From Halocafeteria seosinensis (Eukaryota), in contig LVLI01000043.1 of the NCBI GenBank assembly GCA_001687465.1, positions 62,001-126,000 of the forward strand: a stretch of DNA of 64,000 bases, given 5' to 3'. The notes under the pieces were generated by a model that was given only the letters and a program-made list of their open reading frames with translations, ran no database searches and was not told where the DNA came from. Positions 63,928-64,000 of this stretch are shown one piece after another (the first letter of the stretch is position 1; each line of letters opens with the position of its first letter). The translations under genes were made by a program, and so were the position numbers.

Positions 63928-64000
63928 GTGAGTTAGCGACCTCCATGTGGGGCTGTATACAGCTTATTTGACGCCTGTTATGGCTCCTTTGCATGATATA

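Overview
Gene-dense eukaryotic DNA, not prokaryotic: about 22 protein genes (two cut by the window edges) with many short GT-AG introns, mostly ~45-100 nt. The gene content (tubulin glutamylase, GATOR1 NPRL2, COMMD9, CXIP4) suggests a flagellated protist, possibly a stramenopile; this is an inference. Recognisable genes: UBE3B/C-type HECT ligase, NUDT5-like Nudix hydrolase, NPRL2, P4-ATPase flippase, acidic PH-domain protein, TTLL4/5-like glutamylase, UBC13, FCP/SCP (NIF) phosphatase, two ankyrin genes, CXIP4 and COMMD9. The most unusual items are (1) one ORF fusing a PX domain, a CrtC/AttH lipocalin-like module and a trans-prenyl diphosphate synthase; (2) a ~3,280-aa protein alternating coiled coils with up to eight GAF-like modules; (3) a tandem NIF-phosphatase gene whose two domains are in frame across a single TAG, the second with a GC-AG intron. 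Intergenic DNA holds decayed mobile elements (inverted pair of Helitron Rep fragments, intron-containing MULE transposase, RLE-type retrotransposon 3' end) and a dispersed (CA)n-anchored repeat. All calls come from reading motifs by eye; exon boundaries are approximate and no database search was run.
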